Positions 46,975 through 57,453 are shown, numbered from the stretch's first letter. The stretch: DNA of 64,000 bases from a bacterium (GCA_965248395.1 OZ252103.1:1486155-1550154); one strand, 5' to 3'. Notes: a model not told the origin generated them from the sequence alone. Made by a program: numbers and translations.

Positions 46975-48156
46975 ATGGCTGGGAAACCAAACCTGTCCCG
47001 TCGGGACGTACTGATAAGGGGCGGGATCGCGGCGGCCGGCATGACGCTGCTGCCTTCTCACGTACTGGCCCAGTTGACCCAATTGGCAAGGGACGAGACG
47101 CCCGTAGACTGGATCGATACATTCGGGCCTCCTCAAAGTCCCGATTTCGTCCTTCTGGACTGGAACGGGCTCGAGTCGTGGATAACGCCCGTGGACCAGT
47201 TCTTTTCGGCGAGACACTATCTCGAACCGACCGTAGACGCGGCGAACTACAGCCTCGAGGTCACGGGCGCCGTGAAGCAGAAGCTTTCCCTCAGCCTGGA
47301 TGAAATCAAGTCGATGCCGGGCAAGGACGTTGACTTTACCCTGGAATGTTCGGGCAACCGGGGCTTCCCCGTATTCCGGGGCGGCGTGTACAATGCCCGG
47401 TGGACCGGCACGCCGCTGGCGCCGATCCTCGAACGGGCGGGCGTATGGGACAACGGCATCGAGGTGGTTTTCTTCGGGCACGACGAGGGAGAAGAAAACA
47501 TCACGCCGACCCGCGCCGAACCGGTGACGATGAAGCAGAACTTCGCCCGGTCGCTGACGATGGCACAGGCCATGGATCCGGACATACTGCTGTGCTACGA
47601 AGTGAACGGCCAAACGCTGCCGCCGAAGCATGGATTCCCCCTGCGCCTCATCGTCCCCGGCTGGTACGGCATCAGCCAGGTGAAATGGCTGAAACGCATC
47701 GAAGTGCGCACGACCCGGTACATGGGCAGGTTCATTTCGCGGGACTACGTCACGATCCGCGAAGAGACCTACAACGGGGAAACCGTCTGGCGGCAGGAGT
47801 CCGTTGGCCGGGGCCGTATCAACTCCGTCACCGCCCGGGTCACCCGGGTCGGCCCCCTGCACCGGATTTACGGTGCGGCCTGGGGTGAACCGCTCAGGGA
47901 AGTCCAGGTGCGTATCGACGACGGTCCCTGGCAGACGGCCGAGATGATCGAGGGGCAGGACGCCGAGTACGCCTGGAAGTTCTGGCGGCTGGACTGGGAC
48001 AGGCCCTCCGCCGGCGAGCATACGATCACGTCGCGGGGTGTAACGACTGCCGGCACGGTACAGCCGACGCCGGACGATCCCTACCTGGCGGGTAAGCGTA
48101 CCTACTGGGAAAGCAACGGACAGGTGACCCGGACCGTGCGGACATTTGAAAGCTAG
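46975..48156 (+). CDS. sulfite-oxidase-family molybdopterin oxidoreductase, Tat-exported
   Basis: AGGAGG RBS. Tat signal SRRDVLIRGGIAAAG. Moco-binding Cys motif TLECSGNRG. GFPLRLIVPGWYG and a C-terminal dimerisation-like domain. Confidence 0.8.
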   Translation: MAGKPNLSRRDVLIRGGIAAAGMTLLPSHVLAQLTQLARDETPVDWIDTFGPPQSPDFVLLDWNGLESWITPVDQFFSARHYLEPTVDAANYSLEVTGAVKQKLSLSLDEIKSMPGKDVDFTLECSGNRGFPVFRGGVYNARWTGTPLAPILERAGVWDNGIEVVFFGHDEGEENITPTRAEPVTMKQNFARSLTMAQAMDPDILLCYEVNGQTLPPKHGFPLRLIVPGWYGISQVKWLKRIEVRTTRYMGRFISRDYVTIREETYNGETVWRQESVGRGRINSVTARVTRVGPLHRIYGAAWGEPLREVQVRIDDGPWQTAEMIEGQDAEYAWKFWRLDWDRPSAGEHTITSRGVTTAGTVQPTPDDPYLAGKRTYWESNGQVTRTVRTFES

Positions 48157-48174
48157 GGACATTTTTCTCGATCC

Positions 48175-49287
48175 ATGATCATCGACGCCCACGCGTACTG
48201 TTTCCCGCCGGGAGGCGCGAAAGCCGGGTACGGAGAAGCCCGTGAACACCTGCGGTGGATGCAGGCGGAACACGCGGCCCATCACCAGCCAGCATGGCGC
48301 GTGCGGGACCGTGCCCCCGCCTCTTCGAAGGAGATCGGTCCGAAGGCTCCGGGCGACTGGTCCACGTTGCCCGACGTGGATTTCCGGGTCGACCGTTCGC
48401 TCGGACGGGTGGTGTGGACGATCGATGGCGAAGACTACACCAAGCAGTTCTACCCGCCCCACCTGCATAACCTGGAATACACGCCAGACAGCCTGATCGC
48501 CGAGATGGACTACGCCGGCGTGGACGTCGCGCTGTTGCATACCAATCCCATGCTGGGCCGCGACAGCGCATTCCAGGCCGACTGTGTCGCCGCCTATCCC
48601 GACCGGCTGTTCTCCATGGCGCCCGTCGACGAGTGGCGTATCGCCGGAGAAACGGACGGGGCGATCGGAGCACTCGACCGGGCCGTGCACACCCACGGGT
48701 TGCACGCCGTCAAATTCAACGCCACGCTGGCCTATCGCAGCAGCGGTGAACGATGGAGCGGCGGTACCTATCGCCCGTTCTGGGAAGCCGTGGAAACCAT
48801 GAAGGTCCCGGTTTTCTTCACGTTAGGCGCCGGGCCGGTACTCGGCTACCATGCCGATCTCGCGCGGGGTTACCTGGACGAGTTGCGGGTGCTCATGGAA
48901 TGGATGGACAGGCACCCCGATACAATCTGCAGCATCACCCACGGTTTCCCCTGGCGCATGTTTATCGACGGCGACCGCCTGGTGCTGCCGGATGACCTGT
49001 GGCGGCCCTTCGAGAACCCCAACCTCAGCCTGGAAGTATGCTTTCCCGTGCGTATCGGCGACCTGTACGACTATCCCTACCGCGAGGTCTGGCCGGCGCT
49101 GGAAGAGATGGTGGATCGGATCGACGCCGACCGGCTGCTCTGGGGTACGGATATGCCCTTTCAAAACCGGTTCTGCACCTACCGGCAGTCCCGAGACTGG
49201 ATCGAGAAGTACGCCGGCTTTCTCGACGAAGCGGCCCTGGCCGCGATCATGGGCGGCACCGCCCGTCGAATACTGGGTATAGATTGA
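48175..49287 (+). CDS. amidohydrolase-2-family (metal-dependent hydrolase/decarboxylase-like) protein
   Basis: N-terminal IIDAHAY, plus HGFPW and LLWGTDMPF. Confidence 0.65.
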   Translation: MIIDAHAYCFPPGGAKAGYGEAREHLRWMQAEHAAHHQPAWRVRDRAPASSKEIGPKAPGDWSTLPDVDFRVDRSLGRVVWTIDGEDYTKQFYPPHLHNLEYTPDSLIAEMDYAGVDVALLHTNPMLGRDSAFQADCVAAYPDRLFSMAPVDEWRIAGETDGAIGALDRAVHTHGLHAVKFNATLAYRSSGERWSGGTYRPFWEAVETMKVPVFFTLGAGPVLGYHADLARGYLDELRVLMEWMDRHPDTICSITHGFPWRMFIDGDRLVLPDDLWRPFENPNLSLEVCFPVRIGDLYDYPYREVWPALEEMVDRIDADRLLWGTDMPFQNRFCTYRQSRDWIEKYAGFLDEAALAAIMGGTARRILGID

Positions 49288-49395
49288 CGGGATGGTCCGC
49301 CGTACGGCGGAATCCGGCGTCCGGGGCCCCAGTTAACATCTAACAATATTCGAGCAGTACCTTGAACCGCAGGTTTACATAAACCGGAGGATTCC

Positions 49396-50382
49396 ATGCA
49401 CGTCGGTACCCAGCAGTTCAGCACGGCTGACGAAGACCTGGAGTATCTCGCCCGTCACGGTGTTTTCAACAAGAACGAGAACAACATCACCTTTCACCGG
49501 GAATACGGGTGGGACGTGGAGGAACTGGCGCAGAAGAAGGAGAAGTGCGCGGGTTTCGGGATCGACATGGAGATGGTCGCCCTACCCGTGGCGCAGCTTA
49601 ACGTGAACGGCGGCCAGGTGCCCAACTACATGCTGGGCAACTACGAAGAAGGCGACAAGGAAATCGATCTCGTTTGCAACATGATCCGCCAGGCTTCGGA
49701 AGCCGGCATTCCCGCGGTGAAGTACTTCCTGTGCGAGATGGAGAACCAGCGGACCGAGAGCGTTCCCCCCGGCCGCGGCAGTTCGATCTACAGCACCTGG
49801 GACCTGGAAAAGGCGAAGGACATGCCGCCGAGGTACGACGAGCCCGTGACCGCCGAAACGAACTGGGCCCGGATCACCTACTACCTGGAGCGGGTGGCGC
49901 CCGTGGCGACCGAGTGCAAGGTCCGCATGGCCTGCCATCCCTGCGACCCGTGGCTGCCGCCCGGCTTTCGCTGCGTGGACCGCGTGCTCGGCGGCTTCGA
50001 TGGATTCAAACGCTTCATCGAAATCTGCCCCAGTCCCTACCACGGCGTCAACCTGTGCCTCGGCTGCATGGCGGAGAGTTCCCTGGATCCCCGCAACGAC
50101 GTGCCGGAGATCATCCGCTATTTAGGCTCGCGCAACAAGATCTTCCTCTGTCATTTCCGCAACATCGTGGGCGGGCGCAACAAGTTCCAGGAGGTCTGGC
50201 CCGATGAAGGCGTGATGAACATGCACCGCAACATGCAGGCGCTCAAAGAGGTCGGCTATGACCACATGTGCGTGCCGGACCACGCGCCGGGACACAGGGA
50301 CCCGGACAGTTCCCGGCAGGCTTTCGCTTACGAGTTCGGGTATATCCAGGCGATGGTCCAGGCGGTGATGGACGAGGGGTAG
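49396..50382 (+). CDS. mannonate dehydratase (UxuA)-like / xylose-isomerase-like TIM-barrel protein
   Basis: GGAGGA RBS. FLCHFRNIVGGRNKFQEVWPDEG...VGYDHMCVPDHAP resembles the UxuA C-terminal pattern. Confidence 0.6.
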   Translation: MHVGTQQFSTADEDLEYLARHGVFNKNENNITFHREYGWDVEELAQKKEKCAGFGIDMEMVALPVAQLNVNGGQVPNYMLGNYEEGDKEIDLVCNMIRQASEAGIPAVKYFLCEMENQRTESVPPGRGSSIYSTWDLEKAKDMPPRYDEPVTAETNWARITYYLERVAPVATECKVRMACHPCDPWLPPGFRCVDRVLGGFDGFKRFIEICPSPYHGVNLCLGCMAESSLDPRNDVPEIIRYLGSRNKIFLCHFRNIVGGRNKFQEVWPDEGVMNMHRNMQALKEVGYDHMCVPDHAPGHRDPDSSRQAFAYEFGYIQAMVQAVMDEG

Positions 50383-50461
50383 GATGCTGTTTGGCCTGGC
50401 TCGGGCAATCGACAGGAGGTGAGCCAAAAAGCATGGCGGTCCTGTCTTCGCCATGCCACGG

Positions 50462-52219
50462 TCAAATCTGCCACTCGATCAGTTGCTGGTCCTGTTTCAG
50501 GCGCGCGCGCTGGTGCTGGGCGGCAATGAAGATGTCTTCCAACCTGGGCGTGTCGACTTCGAGCCCCGGCAGGGAGTACAGCGCTTCCATGAAAAACCGG
50601 TCCTCCTGCGGCGATTGGACCCATGCATGCCGCCACCATTCCAGCATGCGGTCTCGAGCGTCGGCCATGGCGCTGGAGGAGGGCAGTCGGTCGCTCTTGC
50701 TGAGGTTGATGTTGTCGCGGGCGGGCAGCAGGTTCCAGAGATCGTTGTTACGCCAGCGCGCCCACGGAAAACAGTGGTCGATGTGCGGAGCGGTTCGAAT
50801 ACGCGCTGCGGACCAGACGCAGGTGAGCGCGAATCCGTCATCGCGCAACTGCTTCGCCCGTTCGAGGGCATTGCTGGTGTCGTAGCGGCTTTCGGTCCAT
50901 TCGAACGGGTCGTTTGTTGCCGTTTCGGTCCCGCATTCCCGGACCAGGGCGGCAGATTGGTCGGTGTTGGTTGTCCACCGCGTAGCGCTGCGCAGGTTTG
51001 CCAAGCCATCCCAATTCGAAGTCAGTTGCCGCCATTCCCGTATGATGACCGGATCCAGCCAGCAGGCGAACTGACCGAGCGCCTGCCATAGCAATGCGGG
51101 AATCCTGAAGCGGCCGAACTGCGTCAGGTATTCGCGCGACAGAACGATGGGCCGGGCGGTCGTCCGCGCCCTGGAATACCCGGATTCGAACAACTGTCGG
51201 TTGCCGGAAGCTGGATATGTGATGTAGCGTACCGGCATCCGCTCGATATTCTCGCAGGCGTCGTTTATGGCGCGGGTAAGGATGACGGCCCGGTCCGAAT
51301 CAAACCTGGCGCCTAGCCGAAGGTCGAAAGGCGAGACGTCCCCAAGACGGTAGAACGCGTCCTTTGCCCAGCCATATCCGCCCGGTCCCGAAGGGCGTTG
51401 CGGCAGTCGATGATGCAGGACCAGGGGCAGGTATTGCTTCAGCCAGTACAGACCGACGGCACCGAAGGGGATTTCCACGTAGTCGTCCGTGCGATTGATG
51501 ACCAGCCCCGGCGCCGTTTCAGCGAGTCGCACCAGGGTCCGAAGCAGCCCCAGCTTGTAGGTCGAAGACTTGTTGTCGTTCACGATCACGTGGCGCAGCA
51601 GCGGCAGGCTGCCGGTGCCATCGTCCGGAATGGCGAAGACCAGCGATTCCCAATGTATGCCGGGGCGCGTCAGGTCCGGCTGCGTCGAGTGGCTGCGCAG
51701 CGCGATGGCTCGGCGGTTGGCAAAACCGATTAGTTCCTCTGCCGAAGTGTCATGAAATCCCCGGGTGGCATTTTCCGCAGCGTCTCCGCCGCGTCGCAGC
51801 GTGAACACCAGCAGTCCGGATGGACTGAGCAGCTCGGAAAGGATGCGGAACGCCCGTTCACGGACCTTCGGCGCCACGTGCATCCACACGGCGCTCAGCA
51901 GAATCAGGTCGAACCGCCGACCGAGCGCGCGCAGAACCCGCAGATCCGGCAGCGCATCGTTCATCCAGACCACGCGTGGATGGGAGCGTTCCGCAGCGAG
52001 GTTCCGCAACGCGCTCGGTTCCACCGCCACGACTTCCCATCCCCTGGCCGCAAGCCAGTTGGCATCGCGTCCCGAACCGGCGCCGATGTCGCAGGCGAAT
52101 CCAGGTTCTTCACGCAGGTGCGCCGGCGCCCAGTCTGCGTGGACGTCGGCAGGGTCGACTCCGTCATACTGGGCGAGGAGGGCATCGGGGTTGAGGTCGT
52201 AGTAGCTGGTGCTGCTCAT
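50462..52219 (-). CDS. fusion protein: class-I SAM-dependent methyltransferase + unknown central domain + HNH nuclease
   Basis: I prefer the ATG at 52219 (MSSTSYYDL...). SAM motif I is FACDIGAGSGRDANWLAARGWEVVAVEPS. The C-terminal HNH motif is APHIDHCFPWARWRNNDLWNLLPARDNINLSKSDR. The ~300-aa middle region is unassigned. Confidence 0.7.
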   Translation of the reverse strand: MSSTSYYDLNPDALLAQYDGVDPADVHADWAPAHLREEPGFACDIGAGSGRDANWLAARGWEVVAVEPSALRNLAAERSHPRVVWMNDALPDLRVLRALGRRFDLILLSAVWMHVAPKVRERAFRILSELLSPSGLLVFTLRRGGDAAENATRGFHDTSAEELIGFANRRAIALRSHSTQPDLTRPGIHWESLVFAIPDDGTGSLPLLRHVIVNDNKSSTYKLGLLRTLVRLAETAPGLVINRTDDYVEIPFGAVGLYWLKQYLPLVLHHRLPQRPSGPGGYGWAKDAFYRLGDVSPFDLRLGARFDSDRAVILTRAINDACENIERMPVRYITYPASGNRQLFESGYSRARTTARPIVLSREYLTQFGRFRIPALLWQALGQFACWLDPVIIREWRQLTSNWDGLANLRSATRWTTNTDQSAALVRECGTETATNDPFEWTESRYDTSNALERAKQLRDDGFALTCVWSAARIRTAPHIDHCFPWARWRNNDLWNLLPARDNINLSKSDRLPSSSAMADARDRMLEWWRHAWVQSPQEDRFFMEALYSLPGLEVDTPRLEDIFIAAQHQRARLKQDQQLIEWQI

Positions 52220-52521
52220 ACGGATAGGCAAGACTGTCGCGTGTAGCCAGGATAGGCCTGGTTGGACTGATTGGCGTTTTCCCGCTTCATGCGGGCGTGC
52301 ATTCATTCTTGCCGGGAATCCTGCGCACGCGCGCACGGTACAGTCGGGAAAACGGTTGAATATCCCATGTCGAAGCCATAATCTATGATCATGCCATTAT
52401 AGTCGGAAGGCGCGAGATGTCAAGCAATCCAATGCGCCTGCCAACCGCGACTGCCGCTAGTGTTTGCCGGCAGCGTTTGCCTGACGTGTCCTGTGTACGC
52501 GCCAGCTGACAGGAGATAACC

Positions 52522-53319
52522 GTGATTTCAAAGCGCATACAACCGGGAGAACGCCTCAACGACGAGCAAATGAAAGAAACGCTCGGCAAGTTCTACCGGG
52601 ACGGGTTCGCCCTGGTGCCCGGGGTGTTGACCGGGGATGAAGTCGGGGCACTTCGCGAGGTCACGGACCGGTGTTTCAACGACCCCGTGCTGGTCGGCAC
52701 CGATTACACGAGCGGGCGGGGGGACGGTTTCGTACTGCGCAACACGCTGGAACTGAACCCGGTGTTCGTGGACATGCTGATCCGGGAACCCATACTGAGT
52801 CTGGCGGAGGCGATCGTGGGGACGGACTGCAAGTTCTGTGGCCAGAACGTGATCCGCAACGCGCCGGGCCAGGCCATATCGCGGTGGCACGTGGACGACC
52901 GGGTGGAGTTCCCGCTGCCGGACGACGTGCCCCGTCACGATCCCCGCGTCCGCATGCCGGTGCAGTGGTTCACCATCCAGATGGCCCTGACCGATATCGA
53001 CACGGAAGAGGACGGACCGACGCAGTTTGTCCCGGGCAGCCACTACTCGGGGCGGGAACCCAATAGCCAGGAACAACCCGAATTCGAAGGCAGGGGACCG
53101 GTTTCAGCCCTTTGCAAAGCGGGAGATATCTACCTGCAGAACAACCAGTGCTGGCACCGCGGGGGGCCCGTAACCTCGAACCGGACGCGTTACGTGTTTC
53201 AATCCCAGTACGCCGCCCTCTGGGCCTACAGGCGGTTCTCGGAGTATAACCAAGTGCCCGTGCCGCCCACGGTGCTCAGTCGGGCCTCCGACAGGTTGCG
53301 CGGGGTGCTGGGCGTGTGA
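52522..53319 (+). CDS. PhyH-family Fe(II)/2OG dioxygenase
   Basis: FYRDGFALVPG, WHVDD (HxD), FVPGSH, CWHRGG. GTG start after AGGAGA. Confidence 0.8.
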   Translation: MISKRIQPGERLNDEQMKETLGKFYRDGFALVPGVLTGDEVGALREVTDRCFNDPVLVGTDYTSGRGDGFVLRNTLELNPVFVDMLIREPILSLAEAIVGTDCKFCGQNVIRNAPGQAISRWHVDDRVEFPLPDDVPRHDPRVRMPVQWFTIQMALTDIDTEEDGPTQFVPGSHYSGREPNSQEQPEFEGRGPVSALCKAGDIYLQNNQCWHRGGPVTSNRTRYVFQSQYAALWAYRRFSEYNQVPVPPTVLSRASDRLRGVLGV

Positions 53320-53370
53320 CCAACCGTGTTTCCGCCCGACCCCTGCAAGTCCCAGGCGTACCGTAGTGTC

Positions 53371-54495
53371 TCAATGCACGAGGGTCTTGAACCGTGCGGG
53401 CAGCGCTACTTCAAGGAGTTCGAGGTCGTCGGAACGGTTGGTGAGGGAGGTTTTTGTGTTCGGCGGAATGACGTAGGCGTCTCCCGCCTCCAGCCGGTGC
53501 GCGCCCTGGTTATCCGCGTTCAGCGTCACCTCTCCTTCCATGACGAAGGTGAAGAGGATGTCACCCGTGTGGCTCGTGACCTGCTCGGACCCGCCGCCGT
53601 TCGCACGGGCGACCTGCACCGAGGCCACGCCGCCCGTCGCCTCGCCGATGCCCGTTTCCCGGGCCTCGAATCCCGCCATTCTCCAGGGTTCCCAGACCGC
53701 GTCCTTCACCTCGTGGCGGCAGAATCTCTGTCCGCCGAAGATGCGGTCGGGGTTCAACACGGGTGTGGGCAGTTCTACCTCGTGGTCGATGGTGGTCACG
53801 TGGTCTGCCGGCACGCCAATCTCGATCACCTGCAGGTTTTCGGATGATTCGAGTACCCGGTGCCGGATTTCCGGAGGTTGGATCACGCAGTCCCCCGCCT
53901 TCAACAGGAAGGGCGGCCCCTGGTCCTCGTAGACCAGCTTGACCCAGCCCCGGTAGGCGAAGATCAACTGAAATCCCACGGTATGGTAGTGAACCACGTC
54001 CGGTACTGGACCGGCATCGGGGATCCGGATGTGGGAGGCGATGATGCTCCCGCCAAGGCGTCCGGGCACCAGGTCGCGGTAGTGCATGCCGGCGCGGCCG
54101 ATCACCCAGGGCGTATTGTCCTTGAGGCGCCGGACGAGGAAGGCATGCTCCGTCGGGGGTATTTCGAGTGGCGGATCGGCCTGCGCGATCTCGACGCGGA
54201 CGCCGTTGGGCGCGGTGAGTTCGGTCTGCCCGCCGGCCAGGGCCGCGGCATCGCGGCAGAGAATCAGAAGCGTGCCGGGTGGTTCGGACGCTCCTTGCTC
54301 CAGGCGAATGGTGAGACCGTGGCCGGAGAGCACGGAAACCGTCGGATAGTCGGCGGGATAAATCTTGTCCATGCGGAACCCCAGGGTCTTCATAAAGAAG
54401 GCCAGGTCCGCGTTAAGGTCCGAGGTGGGCAGCCGGATTTCGGCGCCCTGGATGTTGTCCTCTCGATTAGTCTGTTTGTCGTCATGCAATTGCAT
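53371..54495 (-). CDS. VOC(glyoxalase)-like N-terminal domain + double cupin protein
   Basis: N-terminal LNADLAFFMKTLGFRMDKIYPAD...GHGLTIRLEQ, then two cupin-like cores (HYHTVGFQLIFAYRGW...; HTGDILFTFVMEGEV...). Confidence 0.6.
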   Translation of the reverse strand: MQLHDDKQTNREDNIQGAEIRLPTSDLNADLAFFMKTLGFRMDKIYPADYPTVSVLSGHGLTIRLEQGASEPPGTLLILCRDAAALAGGQTELTAPNGVRVEIAQADPPLEIPPTEHAFLVRRLKDNTPWVIGRAGMHYRDLVPGRLGGSIIASHIRIPDAGPVPDVVHYHTVGFQLIFAYRGWVKLVYEDQGPPFLLKAGDCVIQPPEIRHRVLESSENLQVIEIGVPADHVTTIDHEVELPTPVLNPDRIFGGQRFCRHEVKDAVWEPWRMAGFEARETGIGEATGGVASVQVARANGGGSEQVTSHTGDILFTFVMEGEVTLNADNQGAHRLEAGDAYVIPPNTKTSLTNRSDDLELLEVALPARFKTLVH

Positions 54496-54511
54496 ATTGA
54501 CCTCTGCCCCC

Positions 54512-55633
54512 TTAACCGGTGAATCGGTATTTCTCTACGACATCCATATTCAGCTCCGTCCCCAGTCCCGGTTTCTCGGGGAGTCGGAAATAGCCGCTTT
54601 CCACGACCGGCGGATCGGTAAGCAGGTCGTTGCGCCAGGGCGCGTCCTGTTCGTCGTCCACGTATTCCAGTACCAGGGCGTTAGGGATGTTGGCCATGAC
54701 GTGAAGGCTCGCCGTCGTCGACAGTGCGCTGTTCGGATTATGGGGCGAGACCTGCATGTAGTAGCTTTCCGCCATGGCGGCGATCTTCTTGGTCTCCAGG
54801 ATGCCGCCCGTTCGCACCACGTCGGGCATGATCATGTCCACCGCCTGGGCGGCGATGAGGTCCCTGAAGCCGAAGCGCGTGTACCGCCGCTCTCCGACGC
54901 ATACGGGCACGTTGACGGACGCGGTCACCCGGGCCAGTGCGTCGATGTTCTCCGGGTGGACCGGCTCCTCGTAGAACAGCAGGCCGATCTCCTCCAGCCG
55001 ATTGCCGATGCGGATCGCGGCGCTGGTGGTGTACCGGCATCCCACGTCGGTGCAGATGTCCACTTCGTCGCCCACGGCCTCGCGGCACCGGCGCATGTGT
55101 TCGAGAGCTATCTTTTCTTCCCGCAGCGTAACGGACCTGGGTGAGTCGATGCGTTCACCCCGGACCATCGGATCGGCGGGGAAGTACGCCTTGATGGCGG
55201 TGACGCCCTTTTCGGCCAGCCGCGCGCATTCCTCCGGCTCGGACGCATGGCTGTAGAACCGAATGCGGTCGCGGCACGGTCCGCCGATGAGGTTGTAGAT
55301 GGGTTGCCCGGTGACCTTGCCCACGATGTCCCACAGGGCGATCTCAATTCCGCTGACGGCCGCGATGACCGCGCCGGTCTGGCCGATCTGCTCCAGGGCG
55401 TAGTACATGCGATGGTACAGGTACTCTATGTGGAAGGGATCCTCTCCGATGACGAGCTTGCCCAGTTCCTCCACCGCCTGGCCGATGATCGTACCACCCG
55501 GCCAGTTGGTTGCGTCTCCCAGGCCCACGACACCCTCGTCGGTATAGACCTGCACGAAGATCCACGGCGATCCGATGTCCGTCGATTTGCGCCAGGACTC
55601 CACCAGGTGCACTTTCACGTCGGTGATTTTCAC
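54512..55633 (-). CDS. enolase-superfamily enzyme (mandelate racemase/muconate-lactonizing; acid-sugar dehydratase-like)
   Basis: MKITDVKVHL..., GLGDAT, AVSGIEIALWDIVGK, metal-ligand region DVGCRY...EEP...GE. GGAGGA RBS plus GTG. Confidence 0.85.
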   Translation of the reverse strand: MKITDVKVHLVESWRKSTDIGSPWIFVQVYTDEGVVGLGDATNWPGGTIIGQAVEELGKLVIGEDPFHIEYLYHRMYYALEQIGQTGAVIAAVSGIEIALWDIVGKVTGQPIYNLIGGPCRDRIRFYSHASEPEECARLAEKGVTAIKAYFPADPMVRGERIDSPRSVTLREEKIALEHMRRCREAVGDEVDICTDVGCRYTTSAAIRIGNRLEEIGLLFYEEPVHPENIDALARVTASVNVPVCVGERRYTRFGFRDLIAAQAVDMIMPDVVRTGGILETKKIAAMAESYYMQVSPHNPNSALSTTASLHVMANIPNALVLEYVDDEQDAPWRNDLLTDPPVVESGYFRLPEKPGLGTELNMDVVEKYRFTG

Positions 55634-55742
55634 GGATTCCTCCGGGTTATTCGCGGTGCTGCCTCATTCCCCATCGGTTGCGTACTTGACTCCTAAGCGG
55701 CCGGCTACCCCCGGGTCCGTTCTTCGCCCGCCCAACCGGACG

Positions 55743-56546
55743 TCACTCCCGCTGCAGGTGTTTGAACTCCGGTTTCGGACCGCCTTTATCCCGGTCCCAC
55801 TGCCACAGTTCCGTGTACGGCGATTGGGCCTGGAAACCGAAAATGACCGGCCCGTCTTCGCCCGCCCGCTCGAGCACATCGGGACGGACCACGCGGGCCA
55901 TTTCGTATTCGCATTTCGTCCAGCGTCGGCGCCAGGGGCTCAACACCGCATAGCGCGGCTGGACGGTCTGGTTCTTCGTCGTGCCGTGCCAGGTGTTGAC
56001 GTCGAAGAGCACCAGCGATCCTTCCGACGCAACGGCGGTCCGGGCGTTGTTGTAGGCCGAATCGGGCACGTCCAGGTAGTCGTACCGGTGGCTTCCCGGC
56101 ACGAACTCGGTCGCGCCGTTGGTCTCGGTAAAGGGACTCAGGCAGAAGATCACATTGAAGGCGATGGGATGGCTCGTGATCCGCCGTCCTTCGTCGGCTT
56201 CCGCCATAGAAGCCTCGCGGTTGTGCCCGGTGATCCCGCTGTCGGAATGGAGGCCGCGGCCGCCCTCGCCCGGCATCACCACCGAACCGTACACGGCGCT
56301 CAGCAGCGCGTCGGGGCCGAGAAAGTGGCGGACCAGGCGCAACAGGTCGGGAAGCTGGTAAAACCGCTCGAAAACCCGCGCCTTGTTAAACAGCCACTCG
56401 AAACTGCCCCGCTCGCGGTCGGGGTAGCGTACCTCCAGTTCCTTCCGCGCTTCGGCACATTCCTCCGCCGTCAACTGGTCCGTCAGGATGGTGTATCCTT
56501 CGACCTTCAGGTCCAGCAAGTGGGCTTGAAAGGATTTCTCTGTCAT
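55743..56546 (-). CDS. PhyH-family Fe(II)/2OG dioxygenase
   Basis: GYTILTD, LHSDSG (HxD), FVPGSH, TWHGTT. Confidence 0.8.
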   Translation of the reverse strand: MTEKSFQAHLLDLKVEGYTILTDQLTAEECAEARKELEVRYPDRERGSFEWLFNKARVFERFYQLPDLLRLVRHFLGPDALLSAVYGSVVMPGEGGRGLHSDSGITGHNREASMAEADEGRRITSHPIAFNVIFCLSPFTETNGATEFVPGSHRYDYLDVPDSAYNNARTAVASEGSLVLFDVNTWHGTTKNQTVQPRYAVLSPWRRRWTKCEYEMARVVRPDVLERAGEDGPVIFGFQAQSPYTELWQWDRDKGGPKPEFKHLQRE

Positions 56547-56637
56547 TTACGAATCCGGTTTCCATGGGAGGCCCGGTGGATTAGCGCCAGGTCAGCCGAT
56601 ATGCTCTGGGCTCGGCGGATCAGCGACACGTCACGGC

Positions 56638-57453
56638 CTATCGCCCGGCCAGATCGTCGCCCAGGTCTGCAGCGTCCACTTTACCCTTTTCCAGGCTCAC
56701 GCCCACGACAAAAAGCTCCAGGTCCTCGTCCATGTGGTTGAAGATCCCGTGGGCGCTCCCGATTAGGTTGGGAACGGCGTCCCCGCGCACCACTTCCTCG
56801 GTCTCGTCGTTCACCGTCATCCGGCCCCGGCCGTTCATGATCATGTAGGCTTCCTCCACGAGATCGTGCCGATGATAGCCCACGGAAGTGCCGGACGGCA
56901 GCAGGATGTGGCAAAGGTATTCGAAATTGGTCTGGAAATCCCGACTTCCCCACACCTCCCGGAACAGTACCTCGCCCCGGCCCTCATGGTGCCGGATCGG
57001 TCTGAGCAGGGAGCGGTCGAACCGGCCCACGGGCAGGCGGTCGGTGGACTCCAGGACGACGTCTCTGCGCGGGTCGTCGAAATCCTCGTGCTTCGGTTCG
57101 CGGACCGTATCTACGCAGTGAAAATTGAAGAACCAGGTGTCCTGGTCCGTGTGGTTGTAAATGCCGTGGGACTCTCCAGATCTCAGGGGTACCGCTGCGC
57201 CGCCTACGACTTCGGCCGTGCGGCCGTTGTGGGTGAACTGCATGGCGTTGTCGATACTGACGAAGATCTCTTCCGCGTAGGTGTGGCTGTGTTCGCCGAT
57301 GCCGCTGCCGGGCGGGAAGATCACGGAATGGATGAACCCCCAGGGCGACTGGAACGCGCGACTGTCGAATCCGGGATTGAAATGGCTTGCCGCGGCGCCG
57401 CCATGGCTCACGCCCAATCTCATTTCCTCGCGCCTGGTGTGGGAAATCAACAT
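56638..57453 (-). CDS. bicupin protein
   Basis: Two cupin cores (GIGEHSHTYAEEIFVS...GESHGIYN; SVGYHRHDLVEEAYMIMNG...GSAHGIFN). Confidence 0.65.
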   Translation of the reverse strand: MLISHTRREEMRLGVSHGGAAASHFNPGFDSRAFQSPWGFIHSVIFPPGSGIGEHSHTYAEEIFVSIDNAMQFTHNGRTAEVVGGAAVPLRSGESHGIYNHTDQDTWFFNFHCVDTVREPKHEDFDDPRRDVVLESTDRLPVGRFDRSLLRPIRHHEGRGEVLFREVWGSRDFQTNFEYLCHILLPSGTSVGYHRHDLVEEAYMIMNGRGRMTVNDETEEVVRGDAVPNLIGSAHGIFNHMDEDLELFVVGVSLEKGKVDAADLGDDLAGR

